Shown here piece by piece: positions 9,266 through 21,393 of a DNA stretch of 64,000 nucleotides; the first letter of the stretch is position 1, and each line of letters begins with the position of its first letter. The stretch is from a virus (Duplodnaviria; Heunggongvirae; Uroviricota; Caudoviricetes), in IMG/VR virus record IMGVR_UViG_2654587772_000002. One strand, given 5' to 3'. Under the pieces are notes generated by a model that was given only the letters and a program-made list of their open reading frames with translations, did no database searches and was not told the DNA's origin. Both the position numbers and the translations under genes were made by a program.

Positions 9266-10695
9266 TCCTCCTCATACGAAATATTAAAGGTGGAGCTTTC
9301 TGTATCCAGATAAACGAAATCGTAAAAGCCGTTGGACTCATTCCACTCGACAAATTCCAGATAAAAGTCGCGGAAATAACCCAGCGTTTCGATAAACGCC
9401 CAAACGTCTTTTTTCTTAATCAGGATGTACTTTCCGACGCGGTTCGGATCAAAGAAAGTTGAGTCGCGCCCAAATTTTGTTTCCAGTGCCGACTTCAGCT
9501 CATCGGTCACATTCTCAATGGTCAGGCTTGCCGATATCCGTCCGGTGATGGTTATCTTAAATGGTAGTTTTCTGACCTCTTTATAAGAGAATTTCTTGTT
9601 CAGTTCATTCGGTACCTTCTTAAAGGCAGTCAGGATCATTTCTTCAAGCTCTGACTGGCTTTTATTTGGATGCCATCCTGAAATAAATATCTTATTGATA
9701 TTCTGAACATTATAAGCACCATCTAATTTCTCTTGCTGGCCTTCGCCCCATGCCTTTACCCAGGACAGCCCCGGGATGTTACGAACCAGAAAATACGTAT
9801 AGTCCCCGCCCCATACGACCTGATCATCATAGGCAAGGTAATATTGTGCACGGTTACGTGTGATCTCCGTTGTTTCAGCATCGGTACCTGCGGTTATAGG
9901 TGTCGTTGTCTTAACTGAAATCAAATTAGCTAAATCAGCCGCAGAATCGACAGGCGTCAGGTTTTGGCCAGCAACCAGGGTTATATCGCCGTTGGTGCAC
10001 CATACCTTAAGCGTAATTGTCGAACCTTCTGGCGGTATTTGCCCAATTAGCCCATCGCCGAATCGAACCCCCAACTGCTCGGATGGTTTATAAAACTCAA
10101 CGTAGACCTGGCTTTTACTACCGGCTAACCGGAACATAGTGCTGGAAGACCACTGCGTGGTCTTCCCATCGGTTGTCACGAATACTTCCAGCTTATAGCA
10201 GACAGCAGTAAGAGCCTTTGATAACACGACTTCCAGAAATTCTTTGGCTGCCGTAACGGTATATGTCACCTCCTGGATTTCCAACTGTGCCACTTCTACC
10301 GTACCGGTGCCGTCAACCAACCTGCATACATCCATAGTCATGTAAGGGTACTGGTCGTCAGATATTAAAGGCATGTTTTTGGGGATTACCGCTGGGGCAT
10401 CTTCACTTGTGGCGGTGATCTCAATCATCCCCGATGACGGTGTTGGCTTGGTACCAACATAACTGTTCGTTTCTGCCGCAGCCAGGATAGAGGAACGCCG
10501 CGTCGCGGTCGATATAAAGCCTTCAGCCAGCGCCGCATCGGCATACTGAAAGCACCTGTAGACAATCTGGGTAATAAACAATGTCAGCATCGAGACAAAT
10601 TGAGAGCCGACAAACTTCGACCAGAATGAATCTTTCTCGACAAGCTCTTCAAACTCTGCACGAATACTGTCTTTAGTCGGTGTTGTTTTACTCAT
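9262..10695 (-). CDS. Hypothetical virion-associated protein (477 aa)
   Basis: Long clean ORF, 4-nt overlaps with both neighbours (translational coupling). Confidence 0.4.
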   Translation of the reverse strand: MSKTTPTKDSIRAEFEELVEKDSFWSKFVGSQFVSMLTLFITQIVYRCFQYADAALAEGFISTATRRSSILAAAETNSYVGTKPTPSSGMIEITATSEDAPAVIPKNMPLISDDQYPYMTMDVCRLVDGTGTVEVAQLEIQEVTYTVTAAKEFLEVVLSKALTAVCYKLEVFVTTDGKTTQWSSSTMFRLAGSKSQVYVEFYKPSEQLGVRFGDGLIGQIPPEGSTITLKVWCTNGDITLVAGQNLTPVDSAADLANLISVKTTTPITAGTDAETTEITRNRAQYYLAYDDQVVWGGDYTYFLVRNIPGLSWVKAWGEGQQEKLDGAYNVQNINKIFISGWHPNKSQSELEEMILTAFKKVPNELNKKFSYKEVRKLPFKITITGRISASLTIENVTDELKSALETKFGRDSTFFDPNRVGKYILIKKKDVWAFIETLGYFRDFYLEFVEWNESNGFYDFVYLDTESSTFNISYEEE

Positions 10696-11051
10696 AGCAC
10701 CACGTCCTGTGTGATAGTTATATCCCTGATACGAATGGATATTTTCAACTTATCAAAAGCATCTCCCTCGGCTACTGACAAGCCAGAAATCGGTATGTCA
10801 GGTAAATCTACCGTCAGTTTTTGCAACAGCATTGCCTCAACCGCAATTTGAACATGCGACAAGTTGGTCGGTTCGTGTTTAAACTGCGGTAAAACATTGC
10901 CCCATGACGGATCTCCGTATACCTCACCCTGATAAGTGTTTAGCCACTCATATAAACGAGCGCCCCAGGCCTCCTCCTGGGACTCATACGTTTTTACGCC
11001 GGATAACTCCAGCGTCAGCAAAGGATCAATTTCGTTATTGTTGGCCATCAA
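10692..11051 (-). CDS. Hypothetical small virion protein (119 aa); baseplate gp25/GpW-like is a weak possibility
   Basis: Size and loose pattern resemblance only; not confirmed. Confidence 0.35.
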   Translation of the reverse strand: MMANNNEIDPLLTLELSGVKTYESQEEAWGARLYEWLNTYQGEVYGDPSWGNVLPQFKHEPTNLSHVQIAVEAMLLQKLTVDLPDIPISGLSVAEGDAFDKLKISIRIRDITITQDVVL

Positions 11052-14000
11052 TCAACTCTCGCGTAGTCATTCATCAACGGATCATCAATTGACAGTGGCA
11101 CCGTGCGCATAACGCCCGGTTGAGGCGTGCTGACCTTTACGACAGTTCCCTGGCCTTTCGCCGAGTCTTTAGTGTGCTCTTCAATCCTGGCAAGCAATGA
11201 GGTCATCTGCGCAAACAGCCGCTTCGTTTCACCATCAAGTGAAACGGTATTATCAGCCAACTGCATTGTCGGCTTGGCACCAGAGCCGCCAAGGTCACTA
11301 ATAACCTGTCCGTCTATCTGCATACGACCGGTTGGTTGCTGCAAATCGTTGGCGGCAGTCGTCACCTGGGACGTGGAGGCTGGTTGAGGAGAGTTATTTG
11401 AGCGCATTCCCCGGGCATTAATGAGTTTGTCATACAGCCCATCAATCCCCATTTGTGCACCGAGTTGGTCAAAGTAACTTGAGTTGTTTGCTACCGGACG
11501 TGCCTCTTCAACTGGCATAGGTGTATCAACATACACATTGCCAGCAGCCGTTGCGGTTCCCCTTCCTCGTGCACGTTCTTCGAGGGTTCCCTGAACGACT
11601 TCCCGACGCATCCCCCGACCATTCATGAATTTGTTGACCAGATCGTTAACGCCAACAGCATTACCGATTTTGTCTACCAAACCGCCTTTCTCAAACGGGC
11701 TATCACCAGGGGTAAACGCCAGACCAGTAGACTGATCGATAACGGCGTTATCAGGCAGTGGTCCCCTCACTCCATATTGCGCCCCACCCTGTGCTCCTGC
11801 TCCAGGTGTATAGATTTCACCACCTAAATAGCGAGCACGATGAGTATTGACCTTGATCGCGTACTCACGGTTTTCTTTCGATAAGTCACCTGTGCCTTTT
11901 TTCCACTTATTGATAGTGCCAAACCCAGCATTATATGCAGTGATGGCCTCGTTTAAGTCTCCATTGGCTTGCTTCAGATACTTGCTCATGAGAAGAGCCG
12001 CAGCTTCTGCCGATTTCACAGGATCAAATGCATCCTGTTCCGATATCCCTGTCTCTTTACGAGCAATACTCGTGAACTGGAACATCCCGAGTGCGCCACC
12101 ACTTAACTTTCCATCTGGTGATCTTGTAAGCGGAGACTTTGCGTTAGGATCCCCTCCTGATTCAGTTGCCGCAATCGAGTAAAGAGTGCCTTCAGGAAGG
12201 CCATATTTATTCTCTAGTTCAGCAAAATACGGAGCCAGCTTATCCAGATTTGCCTTACCTTCAGCGCCAAGGCTTCCGACTTTTACATCTAAGTTGCCAT
12301 TGTTGTAGGTATCCGCAGCTTTCTGAATGTCATTCCTAGTGCCAGTAGTATTAAGCGACGATGATGATGAGCTATTTTGACCAATAGCATTATCAATTTT
12401 CTGCAACGCTCGATTGCCCGTTTCTACGGCATTTGCATTGATAATCTGATTGGCAGTTTCTTTAACTGTTTTATTGCTATCTTTCGCCGTCTCTAGGGAT
12501 GCATTTACAACACGAGTGACAATATTAGCCTTTTTAGGGGTATATTCAGTCTTAGGAGCATTGTCCTCCTGACTTTCTTTAGCTGGTGTTTTTAATTCAG
12601 GTGTAACCTCTTTCGCATCCGCTTTGTTGACTAGCTTTGATGCAACCCAGGCCACAGGGGTGCTCTGAACAGCGGCATCGGCAACCTTACCAGGAAGCTC
12701 TTTTGCGGCATTCCATAGATTACTACCAGCCTCTTTAATGTATTTTCCCGGGTTCTTAATGAAATCAATTGCACTATCAATTGCATCACTGAAAACCTTT
12801 TTCAGGTTATCGACAGTAAAGAAGTCTTTGATGGCGTCTAATTTTTCGTTCAGACTCTTGGTTGTGTCACTGAACCAGGCTGAAATAGCATCGCCAATCT
12901 TGGCTGTGTAATCGTTGAATGTTGTGGATATGGTGTCACCAAGGTTAGAAATATATGTTTCTAAATTGGTAATCCCACTATCAATGGCCTGGGCAATACT
13001 TTCCGTCGAAAATGATTGCAACATATTGCCGATATCCTCAAATCCAAGTGATTTGAGAACGCCACCAATGGCATTGCTAATACCAGATACCAGTCCTCCC
13101 ATATCGAGAACGTTAGCCAGTGTATAAGCCGCTTTTTGCTGAAAAGATGGATCTTCCCCATCCTTAAGCCCAAAGGTCCGACGTTGTGCTTCTGTATCAT
13201 TCCAACCGGTTACCGCATCATAGATACCTCCAGCCACCGTGCCGACTAGCGGAATTGCGCGTAAAGCCCCCTTTGCAAAAGCCTTAACACCTAGTTTCTC
13301 CAATCCCTTAGTTGCAAGTTTTCCGGCACCGCGAGTAGCCAATTCGCCAGCTTCTTTGGCAGCAGCTTTTTTCCCACCAAAGCCCAATAAGCTTGCAACT
13401 TTTTTTATACCTAAAGCGCCTAGTGCCATCGAGCCAACTTTCTTTAGTGCCCCACGGCAAAAAATAAGGGAAGCAATACCACCGGCCCCCTTCCCTAACA
13501 GGCTAAATAATTTGGACAGCAAGCCGCCCTTCTTTTTCCCGGTGTTTTTGGCTATCTGATCAAGGGCGCTGAGAATCTTGTCATTGCCCTCTTTAATTTC
13601 GCTGGTCTGATCCTGAAGTTCCTGAACCGTCCGTTTTTGGGTGTTAACCTGAACGACATCGGCACTACTTTGCGATTTACGCCTAAAAAAACCTTTTCTA
13701 CGGCTGTTATCGTCATTGCCACGAATCACATCGGCAATTGACTTTCTGGCACCATTAAGCGAACCGCCAACTTCTTTTGATATTCCGCCAAGCTCCTTTC
13801 CTGCTGCCCACAATGGACCAGCAACGGCATAACCTAAAGCATCGACGGCACGAGTCTCTGAAGGGTTACCTATGCCTTCAGCTACTTTTGACAGTTTTTT
13901 TAATAAACCCGATTCAGCATTTAGACGCTCATCATCCTCTTTGCGCCTAGCTTTTTCAGCACGTTCAGCACGGGCATCTTCCGCTGCGGCCTTACTCCCT

Positions 14001-14476
14001 GACTTCCCAATAAAACGACCACGCGCATCGCGTTGGTTTTGGCTTTTTTGCGCACCGCCTTTTTGACCGAACATTTCGCGAGCGTGTTCGGCTGCTTCGG
14101 TCCGTTGTGCCTTTACATCCTCTGGTATAGCCTTCCTGCGTCGTTTTTTACCCTTTGGTGTGGTTGATTTGGCCCGCTGTTCCTGTTGAGCAACATCTTC
14201 CTGAACTACACGAGAAACGTCCCCTAAGTTAAGCCGTTTCATTGCCTCAACAATAGGGTCCACTGATGGCGCATTGGCCACAAAGTCTGGCCGTGAATTT
14301 TCGATTGTGCGATTTAATGCCGACACACTGCGAGAGACAGGATCAACAGTTGCAACGCGCCCCCCTTTCAAATCTTCAACAGCTTCCCGGATACCTGCAA
14401 GCTCTTCCAGCTCTTTTGCGCTGGCGGTTTCAACTGTCCTTATAACATCGTCAATGTTGGCGTTTTTTCGTTCCAT
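11048..14476 (-). CDS. Large virion/ejection-type protein with internal lytic transglycosylase (SLT) domain
   Basis: 1142 aa; N-terminal charged coiled-coil, Gly-zipper hydrophobic stretch (GKGAGGIASLIF..GALGIKKVASLLGFGG), SLT motif region (ATESGGDP...GALGMFQFTSIARKETG...AYNAGFG), C-terminal repeated G(V/I)(N/D)xL(V/Y)xK(F/L)(M/I)N(G/A)RGMR motifs. Confidence 0.6.
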   Translation of the reverse strand: MERKNANIDDVIRTVETASAKELEELAGIREAVEDLKGGRVATVDPVSRSVSALNRTIENSRPDFVANAPSVDPIVEAMKRLNLGDVSRVVQEDVAQQEQRAKSTTPKGKKRRRKAIPEDVKAQRTEAAEHAREMFGQKGGAQKSQNQRDARGRFIGKSGSKAAAEDARAERAEKARRKEDDERLNAESGLLKKLSKVAEGIGNPSETRAVDALGYAVAGPLWAAGKELGGISKEVGGSLNGARKSIADVIRGNDDNSRRKGFFRRKSQSSADVVQVNTQKRTVQELQDQTSEIKEGNDKILSALDQIAKNTGKKKGGLLSKLFSLLGKGAGGIASLIFCRGALKKVGSMALGALGIKKVASLLGFGGKKAAAKEAGELATRGAGKLATKGLEKLGVKAFAKGALRAIPLVGTVAGGIYDAVTGWNDTEAQRRTFGLKDGEDPSFQQKAAYTLANVLDMGGLVSGISNAIGGVLKSLGFEDIGNMLQSFSTESIAQAIDSGITNLETYISNLGDTISTTFNDYTAKIGDAISAWFSDTTKSLNEKLDAIKDFFTVDNLKKVFSDAIDSAIDFIKNPGKYIKEAGSNLWNAAKELPGKVADAAVQSTPVAWVASKLVNKADAKEVTPELKTPAKESQEDNAPKTEYTPKKANIVTRVVNASLETAKDSNKTVKETANQIINANAVETGNRALQKIDNAIGQNSSSSSSLNTTGTRNDIQKAADTYNNGNLDVKVGSLGAEGKANLDKLAPYFAELENKYGLPEGTLYSIAATESGGDPNAKSPLTRSPDGKLSGGALGMFQFTSIARKETGISEQDAFDPVKSAEAAALLMSKYLKQANGDLNEAITAYNAGFGTINKWKKGTGDLSKENREYAIKVNTHRARYLGGEIYTPGAGAQGGAQYGVRGPLPDNAVIDQSTGLAFTPGDSPFEKGGLVDKIGNAVGVNDLVNKFMNGRGMRREVVQGTLEERARGRGTATAAGNVYVDTPMPVEEARPVANNSSYFDQLGAQMGIDGLYDKLINARGMRSNNSPQPASTSQVTTAANDLQQPTGRMQIDGQVISDLGGSGAKPTMQLADNTVSLDGETKRLFAQMTSLLARIEEHTKDSAKGQGTVVKVSTPQPGVMRTVPLSIDDPLMNDYARVD

Positions 14477-14557
14477 GATCTTATCGCCTACCGTTTCGGT
14501 TTAAGTTTTTCTTCCAGTTTCTCCAACAGGAAAAACGCATAGGATTCAGTAAGCCTT

Positions 14558-15439
14558 TCAGCGTCCTGAATCGGTATACCCCCATACAAAACCAGGTTGG
14601 ACACTAAGGTCTGATAGCTTTTCAATCCCCACCTGTGGAATGAAGTCGGTAGCCCGAAAGGGCACCCACAGACGGGTATATGCACCCTCTGTGGACTCCT
14701 TTTTATCCTGATTTGGGCATTTATGCGGCGGGAGACGAAGACGCATTTCACCTTTATCGATGTAGCACGGCAAACCATGTTCGAGCTTTTCATGAGCCAG
14801 TCGGATGTGTGCCGCCAGCTTCATAAATTCAGTATCAATGGCCATCCGTTTAATCGTTTCATAACGACGCTCAGCCTGATCTTCACGAGTACCGCTAACA
14901 TCGTTATAAAGCTCACACTGATAAGCGAATTCCCAAAAACGCAAATCAACGATCGCTTCTTTGAATTCCGCGTCGTCTTCAGGTGGCAATGCTGCACGGC
15001 GCATCTCCAGCATTTCCATTGCCCAACCATCAAGCGGCACGATACGCCATTGATAAGGCACTCCCTCTACAGACACCTCAATATCGTCAATGAACGGTTC
15101 CGCTTCCAGGACCTGGATATCTTCAGCCAGGGCATTCATATCGCAATCGTAATAATGCTCTTTACCGCAATGTTTACAGGTGTAGGTGAATGTCTCGACC
15201 GGTGTTTCACGGGAGCCGGTAAATATCCACCATAACGCGGTAATCCGGTCCTGCGCCGTCCATGTCAGGGGATCATGTTTCGCGGGTTCAGCCAGCAAGG
15301 CTTTTAAATACGCCGTTGTCTGTTGTTCTTGTTCCTCCGGTGTTATCGAGTTGAAACGCATCGCATCAGCAATATTTGGCTGACGGAACTGGATCAATTC
15401 AGTTGGCCGCGATGGTAGCGGGAAAAGAGGTAAAAGCAT
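14558..15439 (-). CDS. Hypothetical protein with Cys-rich motif (CKHCGKEHYYDCD)
   Basis: 293-aa ORF in same operon. Confidence 0.4.
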   Translation of the reverse strand: MLLPLFPLPSRPTELIQFRQPNIADAMRFNSITPEEQEQQTTAYLKALLAEPAKHDPLTWTAQDRITALWWIFTGSRETPVETFTYTCKHCGKEHYYDCDMNALAEDIQVLEAEPFIDDIEVSVEGVPYQWRIVPLDGWAMEMLEMRRAALPPEDDAEFKEAIVDLRFWEFAYQCELYNDVSGTREDQAERRYETIKRMAIDTEFMKLAAHIRLAHEKLEHGLPCYIDKGEMRLRLPPHKCPNQDKKESTEGAYTRLWVPFRATDFIPQVGIEKLSDLSVQPGFVWGYTDSGR

Positions 15440-15453
15440 CCTTGCTCCTTAAT

Positions 15454-16065
15454 TCAAAGAGAAAAGCTAAAGCCCAGAAGGGAAGCCAAAGAACTTGAGG
15501 ATTGGTTAAACGTGCTGTGCAATGCGAAGGTCATTGGGAATGACTTAAATTCCGTAACCTGATCCCGCGCATAGGTGACATCTCCGGTAGTGACCGGGAA
15601 TACCGTCATCTCATTTTCCAGTTTGGTTAAACCGGAGGACAGCAACCGATAAATACGCACATTGAGCAAATATTTAGATGGTATGTTCCCGGTGCCGTCA
15701 GGATTGATCACCCGACTTTTTGCCGTCTTAAACCAGTCCAAAACGAGGCCATCAACGGTATCCCTGACCATCATTGTTATCTGCCCTGGCGAACGCTCCG
15801 TTGGCTGAAGGATATTCCCTCCGCCGATTTTAATCGTTTCATATTCGATGCTGTAATCGTGGTAGGTAATGTCTTTAGCAAAGAAGTCTGCCCCCTCCAG
15901 ACCATCAACTTCGACAGAGAACTGCCATCCTTGCGCGAACAGCATTTTGTTCATGATGATTGACGTCAGCTTACCAACTTCCCGTTCACCAACGCCGGAG
16001 CCAAATAATGTCGTCGTTAATGCCGAAGATACATAAGACTTTACTGAAGCAACATTAAGCCCCAT
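15454..16065 (-). CDS. Hypothetical virion-associated protein (203 aa)
   Basis: Clean ORF in operon; no family recognised. Confidence 0.4.
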   Translation of the reverse strand: MGLNVASVKSYVSSALTTTLFGSGVGEREVGKLTSIIMNKMLFAQGWQFSVEVDGLEGADFFAKDITYHDYSIEYETIKIGGGNILQPTERSPGQITMMVRDTVDGLVLDWFKTAKSRVINPDGTGNIPSKYLLNVRIYRLLSSGLTKLENEMTVFPVTTGDVTYARDQVTEFKSFPMTFALHSTFNQSSSSLASLLGFSFSL

Positions 16066-16075
16066 ATCAGCCCCC

Positions 16076-16666
<591 letters not shown>

Positions 16667-17000
16667 TTAACCGATTCTACGAGTAGTCATTTGTTCATCG
16701 TGTAACAATATTGCCATTGGATAAAATAACTACAGCGCCCACAAACGGGCGCATTCTGTACATGACTTGAGATATATTATGTTGCATTAAAGCTTTTCAA
16801 ATGATAATCAGCCAAGCCTTTCGCAATTATCGGCATAGTATTTTGTTGCATTTACTATTATTGACTCATAATACGATTTGCATTCTTTCTTCCATGGAGT
16901 GCACGAATTTATTTTTTCCATATCGTTTTTATTTTTAGAAATACCAACAAGCATAATGTACCCGATAAATCTTGTTGTCAACGCGCCAATCGGTAGCGTT

Positions 17001-17288
17001 CTATTCTCGGCTACTGTCTTTTATTAAATTATCTTTATATTGAGGAATGAAATAGTTACCAACATATTCCAGATTTGCTTCAATAGGATTAAGATAGAAT
17101 GAGCAATACTGAAAAGTGGGAATTTGTCTAAATTTAACACCAGAACATAATGAATAAATTTCTTGTTCTTTTGTTAGTTCTTTTACTATGTGACTGTTGT
17201 CAGTCGTATCTTCTAATCTTATATAGTTCAAAGACGATTTTGCTTGTCCTGGGCTTACAAGCTCAATAACAGGATGCCCATTAGACAA
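17001..17288 (-). CDS. Hypothetical protein in AT-rich insert
   Basis: 95-aa ORF in low-GC DNA that interrupts lom. Confidence 0.3.
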   Translation of the reverse strand: MSNGHPVIELVSPGQAKSSLNYIRLEDTTDNSHIVKELTKEQEIYSLCSGVKFRQIPTFQYCSFYLNPIEANLEYVGNYFIPQYKDNLIKDSSRE

Positions 17289-17338
17289 TGTTATTCTTTC
17301 GATCTTACCCCGAATTCTAGAAGTTTGACTCCATTCAT

Positions 17339-17572
17339 CTAGGCTGCTATTTCATTTTTCTTGAATGAATCAACAATATCTGATGGCAAGCTAAAAACAG
17401 TAGCTTTCGTATTCATAGTATATGCAAGCGAAGCAGATACCATATAGTTTCTGACTAAATTATAGTCCTTCTCGGAAACAGAATACTCATTAGGAATAGC
17501 TATTGAATTTGCAAATGAATAGCTGCTAACAAAAGCAAACGGCAACAATAGTTTAAACATTAATTTTTTCAC
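17339..17572 (-). CDS. Small secreted protein (Sec signal peptide)
   Basis: MKKLMFKLLLPFAFVSSYSFA-NS: n-, h- and c-regions with AxA-like cleavage site; AT-rich. Confidence 0.35.
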   Translation of the reverse strand: MKKLMFKLLLPFAFVSSYSFANSIAIPNEYSVSEKDYNLVRNYMVSASLAYTMNTKATVFSLPSDIVDSFKKNEIAA

Positions 17573-17601
17573 TTATCACTATCCTTCGAATATCTTTACA
17601 T

Positions 17602-17787
17602 TTAAAGCCCGTCTTTGCAGAGACTAGTTGCTGTAGCGGTAAGTTGTGAAACAGGAATGTTAGGGCTGTCCCGTTTCTGAAGATACCCGGCGCTTAGTGT
17701 GGACTGATGCTCTGCTGCGCTCGCTGGCGTACCAGCGGCAACCAGCCAGACTACTGCGGACAGAATAACAGCACATAATTTACGCAT
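17602..17787 (-). pseudogene. lom: lom (outer membrane protein) N-terminal fragment, truncated at the AT-rich insert
   Basis: MRKLCAVILSAVVWLVAAGTPASAAEHQSTLSAGYLQ matches lambda Lom N-terminus; ORF ends after 61 codons where the sequence turns AT-rich. Confidence 0.7.
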
Positions 17788-17854
17788 AATTACCTCTCGC
17801 TTTTCTGCAATAAAAAAGGCGTCATTTCTGACGCCCGTATTGGGGTTATAAAAT

Positions 17855-20800
17855 TCAGCTGATACTGATGCCTGCGGTGGCTTTCTTCATCACCACAACC
17901 AGCAAATCGCTGATACTTGCTGTGGGATACCAGCCATTTACCCACCATGCTGATACCGAAAACTCCAGTGTCATTACGCCACTGCCTGCAGGCATATCAA
18001 TAACACCCGTGTAAATCAGAGTATTATCCAGAGCCGTTCGGTTATAAATTTCAGCCCCGTTTTTCTTCACTATCAGGCGGCATGACGAATAAGTATCGCT
18101 ATTCTCCCGTTCATGTCTGGCACCGCTGAAAGCCACCGCCGGGATAACAATTTGCCGGTCAAACGGCTGATCGTCATAAACCCTGACGGTAATGGTCCCT
18201 GATGGCCACCGTTCCGGTGCACGGGAGTCACGGGGGAAAGCTTTGCCCACTGTTTTAACGAGATCGCCTTCAATCTGGTTCGCGGACAGTTTTCCCAGAA
18301 CCCGGCAGTTCTCGTTAATCGTGACGTTGTTGAGCGTCCCGGAGTTCGCATTCACGTTACCGCTGATATCGGCATTTTTTGCCGTCAGCCGCCCGTCCGG
18401 TGTCAGGGAAAATGCCGGAGGATTACCGCCGCTGGTAATGGTGGGAGCCGTCAGATATTTCAGGAACACTTCATTCATAAATATCTGATCGCCCTGACCA
18501 ACAAACATCGGCTTTGTGTTGCCATTCGCAGGATTAATCATCGCAATCCTGTCCGCCGCCAGCAGCACCTGACTCTGCATACCGTCAGGGGTATTCTCAA
18601 TACCGGCACCAATACCCGCGATATAAAGGCGTCCGTCCTGCATCTGCTGCAGCTTCACAGCCCACATGCTGTTCAGGTTATTATTTGTATCAACCTGAAC
18701 CTTCTGTATCTGCTGAATTGCCGCACTCTGGTCTTCCAGTTTCTTATTGACGGTCTGCGTGATTTCATTGCTGACATCCGTAATGGACGTCCTGATTTCA
18801 GCCAGGTCAGGCGCAAGCTGACCGTTATCAATCTGCGTCCACAGCTCCTGAGCCAGATGGCTTTTCCCTATCTCTCCTTTGAAAAAATCCAGATAGCCGG
18901 ATGCATCATCACTCGGCTGGCCAACAGCCTCCACAAATGCCGATTTGCCAACGGTGTTCACACTGCGGATGTAAAAATAATAATCATGGCCCGGTTTGAT
19001 ATTGATACTGGCGGCTATCCAGTACAGCGCCGTGCCAAGATAGCGGGCTGTGGTTTCAACCTGCCTGATATCGGTAATCCGCTTTTCCGAGAACCAGAAC
19101 TCAAACTGTACCGTCGGGTCATAAATGGCAAGATGCGGCGTGGCGGTTATCTGAAAATAGCCCGGCGTCAGCTCAATCCTCGACGGTGCTGCCGGTGCGG
19201 CAATCCGGAACGATACCGACGCCGCATCGCCCTGCTGCCCCACGCATTTACCGCCCGGACTGTCAGCCTGTAGTTCCCCAGCGCCAGTTGCGTGAAGCGG
19301 TATGTGGTTTCCGTCGTCCGGGCCGTGCTGACCAGCCGCTCACTGCCGTCGTCCGCTGTTACGGTCAGACGGAGCAGGAAGCTCACGCCCTTCACCACCT
19401 TCGGTGTGTCCCATCGCGCCAGCACCTGATATTCCCCGCTGTCTGCAGTGACTTCTGCGGTCAGGTGCTGCACCGCTGGCGGCGTGACACCATTCACCGT
19501 GCCACTCTGTTCGCCGTCAAAGTGCGCCCCGTTATCCACGATGGCCTCTTTTTCCGGCACATGCTGCACGGCGGTGATGGCATACGTGCCGTCGTCGTTC
19601 TCACGGATACTCACGCAGCGGAACAGGCGCTGGCGCAGCGTCGGCAGCTTCAGCCCCCATACGCTGTATTCAGCAACACCCTCAGGAACACGGCTCACTT
19701 TTACCTTCACGCCGTCGTTGACGGACTGAACCTCCACGCTGACCGGATTGCCACTTCCGTCAACCAGGCTTATCAGCGTGGTACCGGAGGATGGCAGCGT
19801 GATTTCACGGTCGAGCGTCAGCGTCCGGGTCTGGCTGTTCACCGCCAGCACACGACCACCGGTGCTGATACCGGCATAGTCATCATCGCAGATTTCAATA
19901 ACATCGCCCGGTACATGGCGAAGCCCTTCTGCGCCGACGCTGAAATCCACGGTCTGCGTCTCCAGCAGCTCCGTTTTAATCAGCCACAGCCCGGCGCGGT
20001 GTGCCTGCCCCCGGCTGGTACAGCCAAAGGCATCCATCTTCGTAACATTACGACCGTAACGGGCAATGGCCTGCGTATCTTCAACAAGCTCTGTCGCCGT
20101 CTCCCAGCCGTTGTCCGGGTCAATCCAGTTCACCTCAACGGCATTATGGCGGTCTTTCAGGGCGCTGAAGCTGTAGCGGAACGGCGCGCCATCATCCGGC
20201 ATCACCACATTACTGCGGTTATAGGTCCACGCCTTATCCGACGGTCGGTCCTGCACGAACGTCAGCGTCTGCCCGTTCCATACCGGCATACAGCGCATCG
20301 CCGAGCAGAAATCACTGAGAACGTCCCACGCCTTGCGCTGTGTGGTCAGGTACGCATTACAGGTGATGCGCGGCTCCGTGCCGCCAAAGCCGTCCGGCAC
20401 TGACTGGTCGCAGTACTGGCCGATGACATACAGCGCCCATTTGTCCACATCCGCCGCACCAAGACGTTTCCCCATGCCGTAGCGCGGATGGGTCAGCATA
20501 TCCCACAGACACCAGGCCATGTTGTTGCTGTATGCTGGCTTAAACGTTCCGTCCCAGATACCGCTGTATTGTCGCGTCTGCGGGTTATAGTTCGACGGCA
20601 CCTGCAGAATGCGCCCGCGAAGATGATAATTACGACTCACCTGCTGGCTGCCGAACTGCTCCGAGTCCACCTGTACGCCGACCAGTGCCGTGTTCGGGTA
20701 GCACTGTTTCACATCGATGATTTCGGTGTATGACGACCAGAGCGTTTTGTTCTGCAGCTGGTCTGTGGTGCTGTCCGGCGTCATCCTGCGCATCCGGATA

Positions 20801-21333
20801 TTAAACGGGCGCGGCGGCAGGTTATCCACCACCACCGAGGCCAGATACTGCGAGGTGGTTTTGCCTTTAATGGTGATGTCTTTTTCCGTCACCCAGCCAC
20901 CGTTACGCTGTATCTGAACCAGCAGGCGGACTTCCGACGGATTCCGGTCCCCCTTTGAGGTGGTTTCCACCAGTGCCTGCACACCGAAGGTAAAGCGCAG
21001 ACGGTCGATGTTTGCAGACGTGATGGTCCGGGTAATCGGCGTGTCGTACTTCACTTCCGTACCCAGCACCGTCTCGGAGCCGGAGGATTCAAACCCCTCC
21101 GGCGGTGTCTGCTCCTGCTCACCGGCACGGAACACCACCGTGACACCGGAGATGTTGGTATTCCCCTCAGTGTCCAGCACCGGCGTACTGTTCAGCAGCA
21201 CGCTTTTTAATCCATCCACCGGACCTTCAACCGGCCCTTCGCTGATGGCATCGATCACACTCAGCAACTGCGTGGACTTCAGGTTGTCCTTCGCTTCGCG
21301 CGGGGTATGCCCCTTACTGCTTCCTTTACTCAT
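17855..21333 (-). pseudogene. J: Tail tip / host specificity protein J, split into two ORFs by a 1-nt frameshift in a GGGG tract (~19238-19241)
   Basis: N-part (19168..21333) and C-part (17855..19243) both match lambda J; junction ..NAWG|QQGD.. is continuous in lambda; here tggggcagcag lacks one nt. Confidence 0.8.
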
Positions 21334-21393
21334 TCCTCACGCTCCATAAATGACAAAACCGCCCGCAGGCGGTTTCACATAAAACATTTTGCA

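Noticed and set aside
11127-14504. Multiple short ORFs on both strands within the 1142-aa SLT protein gene
   Set aside because: All nested in a long uninterrupted ORF with recognisable domain motifs; none has independent support.
19186-20403. 405-aa plus-strand ORF (and several shorter ones) antisense to the J tail-tip gene
   Set aside because: Lies entirely within and opposite a confidently identified gene; Arg/Pro-rich low-complexity product typical of antisense frames in GC-rich coding DNA.
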